41,999 nucleotides of DNA from Thermotogota bacterium (GTDB lineage: Bacteria; Bipolaricaulota; Bipolaricaulia; UBA7950; UBA9294), in assembly GCA_039679545.1 (NCBI GenBank), contig JBDKUT010000152.1, forward strand, positions 1-41,999, given 5' to 3'. Under the pieces are notes generated by a model, which was not told the origin of the DNA, ran no database searches, and saw nothing but the letters and a program-made list of their open reading frames with translations. Both the position numbers and the translations under genes were made by a program. Below, piece after piece: positions 8,692-16,872 of the stretch. The first letter of the stretch is position 1. Each line of letters opens with the position of its first letter.

Positions 8692-9114
8692 GTGAAACGC
8701 GGGGTCGTGCTTGCAGCAGTGGCACTTCTGGCAATCAGTTTCGTCGCGGTGTCGTCGATCGTGGGCGGATGGACGGCCTTCCTGGGTACGTGGGTGAATG
8801 TGGACTGCAACACGGGGGGCTGCACGCGCTTCGTCATCTCCGGCATGGGACCCGATAGCCTGGTCTTTCAAGGCTACGGGGCATGCCACCCAACAGATTG
8901 CACTTGGAGCCCGGCTGAGCTTGTGGTCTACGCGGACTCCGTAAGCGACACGCAGGCGTTCTACGCCTCATGGATCTCGAACGAGGGTTTTGCGGTCAGC
9001 ATTGGAACCTTGCGGTTCCAGGGACCATGCCTCGTGCTCACGCTCTACACGAGGTTTGTGGACGGGTCTGGGCGATCGAACTACATGACGACGGACACGT
9101 TCCGCAGGATGTAG
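8692..9114 (+). CDS. exported hypothetical protein with Cys pairs
   Basis: AAGGAGG RBS, GTG start, signal peptide; GTWVNVD...TRFVI...GACHPTDC.W motif. Confidence 0.7.
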   Translation: MKRGVVLAAVALLAISFVAVSSIVGGWTAFLGTWVNVDCNTGGCTRFVISGMGPDSLVFQGYGACHPTDCTWSPAELVVYADSVSDTQAFYASWISNEGFAVSIGTLRFQGPCLVLTLYTRFVDGSGRSNYMTTDTFRRM

Positions 9115-9131
9115 GAGTCGTGGCGGCAGCC

Positions 9132-9172
9132 GGGCAGGTTTGGCTGCTGACTGCGAAGAGCCAGACCTGCCC
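9132..9172. terminator. strong hairpin between convergent genes
   Basis: GGGCAGGTTTGGCT ... AGCCAGACCTGCCC stem just after the stop at 9114; no clear U tail. Confidence 0.45.
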
Positions 9173-9195
9173 TAACATCAGCCATCCGCCTCGCC

Positions 9196-9310
9196 AACAG
9201 AACCGGGGAGACGGCAGCCAAGGACCCGTTCCGCCGGCGACCCGGTCGAGTGCGTAGGTCTCCGGCGACGTCGTGCCGCGGCGATAGGCTGACGGCTCCT
9301 GAGCCGCAGA
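9196..9310 (-). pseudogene. degenerate remnant paralogous to the C-terminus of the serine hydrolase at 9927..11579
   Basis: Reads YRRGTTSPETYALDRVAGG/(frameshift)RVLGCRLPGS, versus FRRGGETSPETYAFDWIASGKALRCRFSGC in the intact gene. Confidence 0.65.
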
Positions 9311-9384
9311 CTGGCATGCGATCGACCTCACTCCGCTCGCGCAGCTTGCCGCTCGAGACCGGCTCATGTCCTGGCCAGGCGCGA

Positions 9385-9858
9385 TCACGTGTGCGCCGCT
9401 ACGTCCCGCATCACGATCTCCCGAGCCTTGTCGACCGGGAGAGAGGCGTGCATCTGCACGATGACCCAACGGCCGTCTCGCTTCTCGAGGACGCCCGTCC
9501 AGCGGAGGCCTTCGCCGAACCTGTCCGTCTTTCCGTCCCACGAGACCATGTCATCGAGCGTCGCCGAGTACCAGGCGACATCGCCAGACCGGGCTAGGTG
9601 GATCTGGAGGTCCCGGACCTCGGCCCTCTCGGCCTTGAAGCGTGGATCGAGCACCGTCTCCAGGTGCTTCTCGTGCTCTCCCCAGCCGGACGTGACGTGC
9701 CACGAGGCGGTCCAGATGATGAAGAGGTCGTCATCATGGGCCAGCGTGCCCGTCTGCATCTCGACGTCCTTCGTCAGGCCCCACGCGACGCTGCGGCGGA
9801 TGACGTCCGCGATGACGGCCTTCTCATCTGCATCTCTCTTCCTGCGCATCCCTGTCAC
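9385..9858 (-). CDS. SnoaL/NTF2-like protein
   Basis: RDLQIHLARSGDVAWYSATLDD...LRWTGVLEKRDGRWVIVQMHAS. The start may be ATG 9849. Confidence 0.85.
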   Translation of the reverse strand: MTGMRRKRDADEKAVIADVIRRSVAWGLTKDVEMQTGTLAHDDDLFIIWTASWHVTSGWGEHEKHLETVLDPRFKAERAEVRDLQIHLARSGDVAWYSATLDDMVSWDGKTDRFGEGLRWTGVLEKRDGRWVIVQMHASLPVDKAREIVMRDVAAHT

Positions 9859-9926
9859 CTCTAGTCAGCCACGGTGGCCCGGCCTTTGCGTCAGACGGGG
9901 CGGCAAGCGCGTCGTGAAGTCACCTG

Positions 9927-11579
9927 CTACCCCTCCACCCGGTAGAAGTCGCATCCGGAGAAGCGGCAGCGAAGGGCCTTCCCACTCGCGATCCAGTCGA
10001 ACGCGTAGGTCTCGGGCGACGTCTCGCCACCGCGCCGGAATCTTCCGCCGCCGAGATCCGTCAGCGGCTCCTCGCCGTAGCCGCCGTACATCTGGCACCA
10101 GAGCTGCCTGCCTCGGGCGAAGATCCGGAAGTTCGTGACGAGCGAGCCGAACGATCGGTAGCGGCCGAGGTACGCGTTCCATTCCTCCGGCAGCTCCTGC
10201 CCCTTTGCTCTCGCCTTGGCGTCGCGCGCGTAGACGTCGCCGAGCTGGACGGCCTCGAAGATCCTGCCTGCGTCGTCGCGCGAGAACGAGAGCATCCCCT
10301 GATCGAACCCCGCCGCGGGAGAGATGAAGCTGTCCTGCCATAGGAGCTTGAGAAGCGCGCTCGTTCCTGGGGCGGCAAAGCGTAGTTCGCCGTCTTCCTC
10401 GAAGATCGTGAAGGAGCGCTCGGCGGACGTGTACGTTCCGACGTAGTCCTTCGCGCGCTCGCCGAGCTTCTCTTCGAACAGCGGCCTAAGCGTCGCCGGG
10501 GCGGGCAGCTCGCAGCCTTCCGCGGCGGCGACGAGCGCGTCCAGGCTCCACCGCGTCTCGGCCCAGGCGACGTCAAAGCTGTTGCAGAGAAGGACCACCC
10601 CGACGCCGGCCTCGAGGTCTCCGTACATCGCCGCCTCGAACCCGAGGTTCTCCCCACCGCCGATGATCCGTCGATGGCCGCCCGTCTTCTCCGACTGCTC
10701 GACCAGCGCCCCGTAGCCCTGCGTCGTCCCTTCGAAGAACCCCTCGAACGGAGCATAGGGGTGCACCATCTTCGCGAACGACTCGGGGGACAGGAAGACC
10801 CGGCCGTCATCACTGCGCCCTCTCCGCAGGAACATGCGGAGGAACTTCGTGAGGTCGGCGGCCGTCGTGACGACGCTTGCGCACCCCTGGCAGACACGGA
10901 GGCGGTTGACGACGACCTGCCGCTCCGGACGGGGCACGGGGCGATCGTCGACGCTCGAGTACTTGTGCCCGTCGGCCAGGCGCGGGTAGAGGTCCCAGAG
11001 GATCTCGCCCCACGTTTCGTCCATGCCGAGCGGCGCGAAGACGAGCTCGCGCAGCGCGGCGTCGAAGCAGAGGCCGGTCACCGTCTGGATCACGCACTGA
11101 AGGACGTTGTAGCCGACGCTCGAGTACGAGAAGCCGGTCCCCGGCTCGAAGCCGAGCTCCGTCTCACGCAGCATCCACGTCTGCGCCCAACTCGACGGGT
11201 ACGAGTCCATCATCATCACCAGCCCTCCGGTGTGCGTCAGCAGGTGATGGAGGGTGATCGGCGTCGCAAATCGCGACCCGACCTTGAACCAATCAAGGTA
11301 GCGGGTCACCGGTGCGTCGAGGTCGAGGCGCCCCTGCTCGGCGAGCCGCAGGCAGGCCACGCCCGTGAAGTGCTTGCTGATCGACCCGATCTGGAAGAGC
11401 GTGCGATCGGTCACGGGGTCTCCGCGGTCGGCGTTCGAGACTCCGTACGTTCTCGTGGCCACGAGTTCATCGCGCGTCGTCAGCGCCAGCGACAGGCCGG
11501 GGCCGAATCCCTGGCGATGGCGTTCGGCGAGCATCCGGTCGATCGCGCCCACAGCAGAGCTGAAGGGTGTTGACTTCAT
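9927..11579 (-). CDS. beta-lactamase-family serine hydrolase with C-terminal extension domains
   Basis: FQIGSISK (SxxK), LLTHTGG, FSYSSVGY; GAGGAGG RBS; no signal peptide. Confidence 0.9.
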   Translation of the reverse strand: MKSTPFSSAVGAIDRMLAERHRQGFGPGLSLALTTRDELVATRTYGVSNADRGDPVTDRTLFQIGSISKHFTGVACLRLAEQGRLDLDAPVTRYLDWFKVGSRFATPITLHHLLTHTGGLVMMMDSYPSSWAQTWMLRETELGFEPGTGFSYSSVGYNVLQCVIQTVTGLCFDAALRELVFAPLGMDETWGEILWDLYPRLADGHKYSSVDDRPVPRPERQVVVNRLRVCQGCASVVTTAADLTKFLRMFLRRGRSDDGRVFLSPESFAKMVHPYAPFEGFFEGTTQGYGALVEQSEKTGGHRRIIGGGENLGFEAAMYGDLEAGVGVVLLCNSFDVAWAETRWSLDALVAAAEGCELPAPATLRPLFEEKLGERAKDYVGTYTSAERSFTIFEEDGELRFAAPGTSALLKLLWQDSFISPAAGFDQGMLSFSRDDAGRIFEAVQLGDVYARDAKARAKGQELPEEWNAYLGRYRSFGSLVTNFRIFARGRQLWCQMYGGYGEEPLTDLGGGRFRRGGETSPETYAFDWIASGKALRCRFSGCDFYRVEG

Positions 11580-11816
11580 GCTTCCTCCTCTTGTGTCGCC
11601 GTGCCGCGCGCTTGGGGCGTGGGCCCACGCCCCAACGGCAGCACGAAGGAAAGAGCCATGGAGACTGCAGTTCTCCCCCAGCTCCGATCGGAGGGCTCGA
11701 TCCTAGGGCACGGAGATCGGCAATGCAACAAGGTTTCGGTTTTTGAGGGTTCGCAAGGCGACGACTCGTTGCGCCGATTCCCGCCGTCGAGTAGGGTGGA
11801 TACCGGTGATCGAGCG

Positions 11817-12326
11817 ATGATGCGGCGACCGACGCCTCTTCCCGGAGAGGGGATCCCTCAGACGGTGTACGCGCTGACCGAGCGCATCCAGCGCCGCCTG
11901 ATGACGCACCTCCAGGGCACCGGCCTCCACTGGGGACTGCGGCGGGTCCTCCAGGAGTTGTGGATCCAGGACGGCCTGTCGCAGACCGAGCTGGCCCACG
12001 CCGTGCGCTCGAGCGAGGCCAGTGCCTCGAACATGCTCAAGCACCTCGTCAGCGGCGGCTGGGTCGAGCGGCGCCGCGACCCGTACGACTACCGCATCTC
12101 CCGCGTCTACCTGACGGAGCAGGGGCGCGCCCTGCGCGCCGCCGTCGAGAAGGAGTGCGCCGCCATCCACGAGGAGATCTGCCAGGAGCTCGGGGCCGCG
12201 GACGCCGAGCAGCTGATGACGCTCCTCGGGAAGGCGCTCGATCGCCTCATGTCAGCCGAGGGCGAAGACGAGGAGACCAGCGCAACCGGCATCTACGACT
12301 CGCCAAGCCCGCCGGGCCAGTTGTGA
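11817..12326 (+). CDS. MarR family transcriptional regulator
   Basis: LWIQDGLSQTELA...MLKHLVSGGWVERRRDPYDYRISRVYLTEQG. Divergent from the serine hydrolase. Start uncertain. Confidence 0.88.
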   Translation: MMRRPTPLPGEGIPQTVYALTERIQRRLMTHLQGTGLHWGLRRVLQELWIQDGLSQTELAHAVRSSEASASNMLKHLVSGGWVERRRDPYDYRISRVYLTEQGRALRAAVEKECAAIHEEICQELGAADAEQLMTLLGKALDRLMSAEGEDEETSATGIYDSPSPPGQL

Positions 12327-12392
12327 GCGCGCTGCGCCAGGGTGCGGGGTTTGCGTTGGGTCTCAACATCGAAACACAGGCAGGCTATGCCA

Positions 12393-12977
12393 TCACACAG
12401 CAAGATCGAACGCCTCCCCGTGCGCAGGGAAGACCCTCCTTGCCCCCGCGGCCTTGATTTCCTGCCAGCTCCTCTCGGCCAGCTCGGCCGCCGGTCCGGT
12501 GTATGCCTCGGGAGGTCGGAGGTCGCCAACGAAGACATCGCCTCCACCCGTGACGACGGTGACAGAGTCGTCGGAGTGGCCTGGGGTGTGAAGCAGAACG
12601 CCGCCAACTCCCGTCGTCGCCTTCCATGCGGCGGGATCGCCGGTCTCCACAACCACGTTGCCTGCGTCTGAGATTGGGGTGAACCCGGGGAACCTCGCCA
12701 GCCACCGATTGGCCTCGGCAAGACGCGGCGCCTGGACATCGCCGAGGAGCAGAGCCACGCCCGCGTTTTTCAATTCCTGTGCGACTCCGCAGTGATCGGG
12801 ATGGAAGTGGGTCACGACGAGGAAGCGGATCTTCTTGAGCAGCACGGACTTCCGGCGGAGCGCGGAGGCCAGTTCACCGAACGATCCGGGCATTCCCACG
12901 TCGATCAGCAGGTAGCCGCCTGCGACCTCGAGGGCGTAGCAGTTCACCGACCTGTAGCCGACATTGACGACGTTCAT
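12393..12977 (-). CDS. MBL-fold metallo-hydrolase
   Basis: LIDVG, THFHPDH (HxHxDH), HTPGHS, GD and PAHG motifs. Confidence 0.9.
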   Translation of the reverse strand: MNVVNVGYRSVNCYALEVAGGYLLIDVGMPGSFGELASALRRKSVLLKKIRFLVVTHFHPDHCGVAQELKNAGVALLLGDVQAPRLAEANRWLARFPGFTPISDAGNVVVETGDPAAWKATTGVGGVLLHTPGHSDDSVTVVTGGGDVFVGDLRPPEAYTGPAAELAERSWQEIKAAGARRVFPAHGEAFDLAV

Positions 12978-13013
12978 GTCTCCCGCGCAGCGCTCGGAGT
13001 CCGTTCGGACCGA

Positions 13014-13577
13014 CTACGGCGGCTCCATCCTGCGAATCACCCTGGCCGGATTCCCGGCGACGACAACGTCCGGAGGAACGCTCCGGGTGACCACCGCCCC
13101 CGCGCCGACCACGGCGTTCCGGCCGATCGTCACGCCGGGCAGGATGATGGCCCCGCCGCCGATCCAGACGTTATCCTCGATCGCGATCGGCTTCGCCACT
13201 TCCCAGCCCTCAATCCGCGTCCGTGCCTCCAGGGGATGCGCTGCGGTGTAGATCTGTACGGCGGGCCCGAGCATGGCATGGTCCTCGATGCGCACCTCGT
13301 TGTTGTCGAGGATGACGCACGAGAAGTTCAGGTAGACGTGATCGCCGAGGCGGATGTTCTTGCCGTAGGTGCAGTAGAAGGGCGGCTCGACGAGCGAGTC
13401 GCGGCTCACCTCCCCCAGCAACTGCCGAAGGAGAACCTGTCTCTCCGATTCGCTTTCCGTCCGGTTGTAGAGCCGAAGGAGCTTCTTGGTCGCCTCCCGT
13501 TCGGCGGCAAGATCGGGATCGAGGAAGGTGTACATCTCTCCTGCCATCATCTTCTCTCTCTCGCTTCGTGAGACCAC
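13014..13577 (-). CDS. maa: maltose/sugar O-acetyltransferase (hexapeptide repeat)
   Basis: EKMMAGEMY...VEPPFYCTYGKNIRLG...IYTAAHP...NVWIGGGAIILPGVTIG...GNPARVIR. GTG start after GGAGG. Confidence 0.92.
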   Translation of the reverse strand: MVSRSEREKMMAGEMYTFLDPDLAAEREATKKLLRLYNRTESESERQVLLRQLLGEVSRDSLVEPPFYCTYGKNIRLGDHVYLNFSCVILDNNEVRIEDHAMLGPAVQIYTAAHPLEARTRIEGWEVAKPIAIEDNVWIGGGAIILPGVTIGRNAVVGAGAVVTRSVPPDVVVAGNPARVIRRMEPP

Positions 13578-13735
13578 CTTGCGCCTCCTCTCCGGCCGCG
13601 GCGAGCCACCGCCGCCCGTCACGGACGACTTGCCGCAAGAGCCAGTCTAGTCGGCTGGGGCCTCGGGCGCCGAATGGCAGCCCCGTTCCCTCCTCATCCT
13701 CGACGCTTGGGCGGCGGGACAACATCAGGCGTCTC

Positions 13736-13990
13736 TAGCACGGCGTGCGCACCCTCGCCTCAACCGCGTTGAAGTCCCCGCGCTACATCGGGCCGTGCGC
13801 CATCGCCCCGACAGGATCCTCGGCCTTCGCGGCGGTGCGTCCGCCAGCGCCAGCAACCCGCGAACCGGGTGCGCCATCGAGGCCAGTCTGTCGGCATCGC
13901 AGGACAAGACCCTATCGTGCAAGAGCCATGCCGTCGCCCTGCCCCGCGACTCAAGGACGCCCTGCGCCGCCATCGACGCCCCTTCTCGCT
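13736..13990 (-). pseudogene. possible decayed C-terminal part of an aldo/keto reductase
   Basis: Frames read ...GASMAAQGVL...AWLL and GRTAAKAEDPVGAMAHGPM*RGDFNAVEA, resembling the AKR tail (AQ.ALAW...G.RT..Q.EEN.GA...GPL). In-frame stop at 13783-13785. Confidence 0.4.
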
Positions 13991-14024
13991 CGCACTGTGA
14001 TGCTACGTACTGCACCTAGCATTC

Positions 14025-14052
14025 TTGACACTTTCTGCCATGAGCAGATACT
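14025..14052 (+). promoter_or_regulatory. sigma70-like promoter for the 14133 gene
   Basis: TTGACA (14025-14030), 16 nt, GATACT (14047-14052). Confidence 0.45.
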
Positions 14053-14132
14053 GGTCGCGTGTCGTGTCCGCCTTGTAGATCGGCAACTGCCGCCACGCAG
14101 GAGAGGCGCATGCGGCACAGGGAGGCAGGGGT

Positions 14133-14948
14133 ATGAAGCGAGTGACGACGTTGGCGGTGGGTGTCGGCTTGGTGGTCTTGCTTGCCCTGGGTCTGCTCTT
14201 CGCGGCGCAGGCCCAAGGAATGTTGCTTGACGTCTCCAACCCAGCACCGATCAGGACAGCGGAAAGGGCAAATTGGGTTGGGATGGAGCTCATGCTCGCC
14301 CTGTCCGCGACGCAGGGAGGAGCAGAGGTCGGATCGTCGGTGCCGCAAACGTCTTGCAGCTGCTCCAGCTCGACGTGCCAGGGTTTCTTGATCGACATCA
14401 GCACTGGCGCGCCCGTGAGCGCGCCGGCCGGACCATGGATGCTTTCGACGGTGCTTGCACATAACGCGTGCGGAGTCCAAAGCTTGCTGGTCCCCGGCGT
14501 TGCCCCCGTCGTGTCGACGAACGACGCCGTAGCGATGAATTGGATGGACCCCGCGAAGGCCAACAAGTGCACAACCGTTTTCTCGCCGAGCGCGCACTGG
14601 ATCGGCGAGGCCGTCTACGCGTGCGCGCCGAGTCTCTACGTCTATGAGCTGACATTCTGTCTCTGTGAAGGATTCAGCGACGCAAGGATCGAGGGATGTC
14701 TTTGGGCTGACAACGACGCACAGCTGTGGCTGAACGAGAACCTCATCGCGACGACTCCGTTGGACGAAGCGTTCAGGCAGAAGGCGGGCACGCCGGTGCT
14801 CGTGACAGACCAGACGTACTTCCGGGCAGGAGCGAACGTGCTCACAGTCAGCGTTCGCAATACGCACAACTTCCGCTCCCCGACCGGGATGCTGTTCGTG
14901 GGCTCGCTCAGCGCGCAGGCAGGGGGGTGCTCGTCCCCTGCTCCGTAG
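14133..14948 (+). CDS. exported Cys-rich protein with a galactose-binding-like beta-sandwich
   Basis: Signal peptide; A.WI...Y...F.L...LWADNDAQLWLN...FRAGANVLTVSVRN...PTGMLFVG pattern. Confidence 0.7.
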   Translation: MKRVTTLAVGVGLVVLLALGLLFAAQAQGMLLDVSNPAPIRTAERANWVGMELMLALSATQGGAEVGSSVPQTSCSCSSSTCQGFLIDISTGAPVSAPAGPWMLSTVLAHNACGVQSLLVPGVAPVVSTNDAVAMNWMDPAKANKCTTVFSPSAHWIGEAVYACAPSLYVYELTFCLCEGFSDARIEGCLWADNDAQLWLNENLIATTPLDEAFRQKAGTPVLVTDQTYFRAGANVLTVSVRNTHNFRSPTGMLFVGSLSAQAGGCSSPAP

Positions 14949-15001
14949 ATGTCCGCCGTGTCGAAGAACGTGACGCCTCGATCGACCGCCGCGCGGAGGG
15001 C
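14936..15001 (-). pseudogene. aldo/keto reductase N-terminal fragment
   Basis: ALRAAVDRGVTFFDTADIYGAG is the AKR catalytic DTAxxY motif. There is no intact AKR ORF around it. Confidence 0.75.
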
Positions 15002-15106
15002 GCGCGACGTCAAGCTACCGGCTAGCAACTCGTCTCTTCGTCAGGCTCCGCCGGATCCAGGGGAACCCGTGCAGCACAACCGCGCGTTTCGGGCTCTTCT
15101 CCCCGG

Positions 15107-15775
15107 TTATCGAGGTCCGAACATGGAGCTGCCGGCCTCAGCCGAGTCGCTGAAGCCGCGGCTTTCCCAGTACCCCCTGTACGCGACGTCGCTCGAAAGC
15201 TCGATGCGCACGATCCACTTAATCCACTTGTACCCCCACTTGTCCTCGGCCACGAGCTGGAACGGAAAGCCGTTCTTCGCCGGGAGCACAAAACCGTTGA
15301 TTCGATCGGCGATAATCAGGTTTCGGCCGATCACGTCTTCGAGAGGCACGGACGTCGTGTATCCGTCGACGGCGTGGAAGATGACGGTGTTGGCCGCCGC
15401 CAGCGGCGCGACCGACGCGAAGAGGTCTACGAGCGGTATTCCTTCCCAGAGAGCCTTGACCGACCACCCCTCGACGCAGTGGATCGTCACCAGCTTCGCG
15501 ATGTGGGACATCGACTGCAGCTCCTGGTACGTGAACGCGGCGGATGCGTTGACAAGGCCGTCGATGACAAGGCGATAGCTCTCCGGATCGACGACTTGGA
15601 CGCCGCGGATCGAGTTCTCGCGGAAGTCGCCAACGGAGCCGAGCTTCTCTCCCTGGTACTCGGTGATCTCGACCTGCTCAGTCTCCGAAGCGGAGAACGC
15701 GGCAGGCGCAACGACAAGCACGGCGAGCGTTATCCAGAATGTGTATTGAACCCATCGATGTATGCGCACGAACAA
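15107..15775 (-). CDS. molybdopterin-dependent oxidoreductase (sulfite oxidase/MsrP-like catalytic domain)
   Basis: YRLVIDGLV...TIHCVEGWS...WEGIPL...GFPFQLV...WGYKWIKWI..IEL...GYWESRG; N-terminal hydrophobic signal. Confidence 0.9.
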   Translation of the reverse strand: MFVRIHRWVQYTFWITLAVLVVAPAAFSASETEQVEITEYQGEKLGSVGDFRENSIRGVQVVDPESYRLVIDGLVNASAAFTYQELQSMSHIAKLVTIHCVEGWSVKALWEGIPLVDLFASVAPLAAANTVIFHAVDGYTTSVPLEDVIGRNLIIADRINGFVLPAKNGFPFQLVAEDKWGYKWIKWIVRIELSSDVAYRGYWESRGFSDSAEAGSSMFGPR

Positions 15776-15925
15776 GGCCGCCTCCCCCAGTTTCCACTGT
15801 CTGCACCGTGCCTATTGGCCGGCCCACGAACCGTACCCTCAGCGTGTGAAGCGCCCGTGGGAGCGGTGTGAGTGAATGGCGCGGGGCGCTCGCGTCGCAC
15901 CCAGGCGCCGCAAAGGCCGGCGTTG

Positions 15926-15954
15926 TTGCGCGCGATGGTTCCTTGAGTTAGTAT
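15926..15954 (+). promoter_or_regulatory. possible promoter of the recombinase gene
   Basis: TTGCGC (15926-15931), 17 nt, TAGTAT (15949-15954) within an AT-rich patch. Confidence 0.35.
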
Positions 15955-15991
15955 TTCGTCATCTTTGGAACAACGATCGACGGAGGACCCT

Positions 15992-16558
15992 ATGGCTGAG
16001 CGTGTGGAAGCCCTGACGCGCGAACAGGCGCTGTCCGTGCTGGCGTACTTGAAGCAGGCAGGCAACCAGCGCGACGTTGCGCTGTGGGCCCTGGGAATCG
16101 GAACGGGAATGCGCATCGGAGAGCTCCTCGAGCTCCGCGTGTGCGACTTCCGCACATCGAACGGCCGCATCGATGCGCTGCAAGCGGTTCGCACGACGAA
16201 GGCGAAGCAAGGCCGGGACGTGCAGCTCATCCCTGTCGCGCGCGAAGCGGTTGAGGAGTACCTTCCCACGCTCCGGCGAACCGAACTCCTGTTTCCGATC
16301 ACGCGGCAGCACGCCCGTCGCCTCGTGAAGGAGTGGTGCGAGGCGGCGCACGTTGAAGGCCAGTTCGGAACGCACTCCATGCGCAAGACGTTCGCGACGA
16401 TCGCCTACGACCGCTCGGGGGGGGACGCCGCTCTGACGGCCCGCGTCACCGGTCACCGCAATCCGACTCAGCTGATGAACTACATCGGCCGGACGCCGGC
16501 GACCGAGCAGAGCGTCTGGGATGGGGTTCGCGAGGCGTTTGCAGGACGCGCGGGTTAA
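15992..16558 (+). CDS. tyrosine recombinase, catalytic domain only (about 188 aa)
   Basis: GMRIGELLEL (Arg), K, THSMRKT (HxxR), GH..P...MNY (His, Tyr); GGAGG RBS; no N-terminal core-binding domain. Confidence 0.9.
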   Translation: MAERVEALTREQALSVLAYLKQAGNQRDVALWALGIGTGMRIGELLELRVCDFRTSNGRIDALQAVRTTKAKQGRDVQLIPVAREAVEEYLPTLRRTELLFPITRQHARRLVKEWCEAAHVEGQFGTHSMRKTFATIAYDRSGGDAALTARVTGHRNPTQLMNYIGRTPATEQSVWDGVREAFAGRAG

Positions 16559-16739
16559 GGTTTCCGGAACGGCGTCTTTGGCGCCCGGTCCTCGCCTGGC
16601 ACGGTCCGCGCCGACCGGCCACGCAGCGTGGCCTGACAGGCATCGAACCTGGCTCCGGCCGAAAGAGGCCGACCGGTCAGAGCTTTGGCGCGCGGCCGGT
16701 GGCCGCAGTACCCGCCTCTTCCGATGCGGTCAGCATCAC

Positions 16740-16872
16740 TTGACTCCGCGCGCATCGCTTGCGTAGACTGCTTCAGTGCTAGGCCGCTTTGTGTGGGGCG
16801 GCGTAGTTGCGAAAGGCCCTGTGGGACTGACGGGGCCTTCGGTGAACTGGGAGTACGCAAGGAGGGTGGGCC
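16740..16872 (+). promoter_or_regulatory. promoter plus a structured 5' leader of about 100 nt
   Basis: TTGACT (16740-16745), 18 nt, TAGACT (16764-16769). Leader hairpins GCCGC..GCGGC and AAGGCCCTGT..ACGGGGCCTT precede the AAGGAGG RBS. Confidence 0.5.

Noticed and set aside
15992..16558. Integron integrase with a cassette array
   Set aside because: The protein is too short and lacks the IntI-specific insertion, neighbouring genes are in both orientations, and no recurring attC (RYYYAAC...GTTRRRY) structures were seen.
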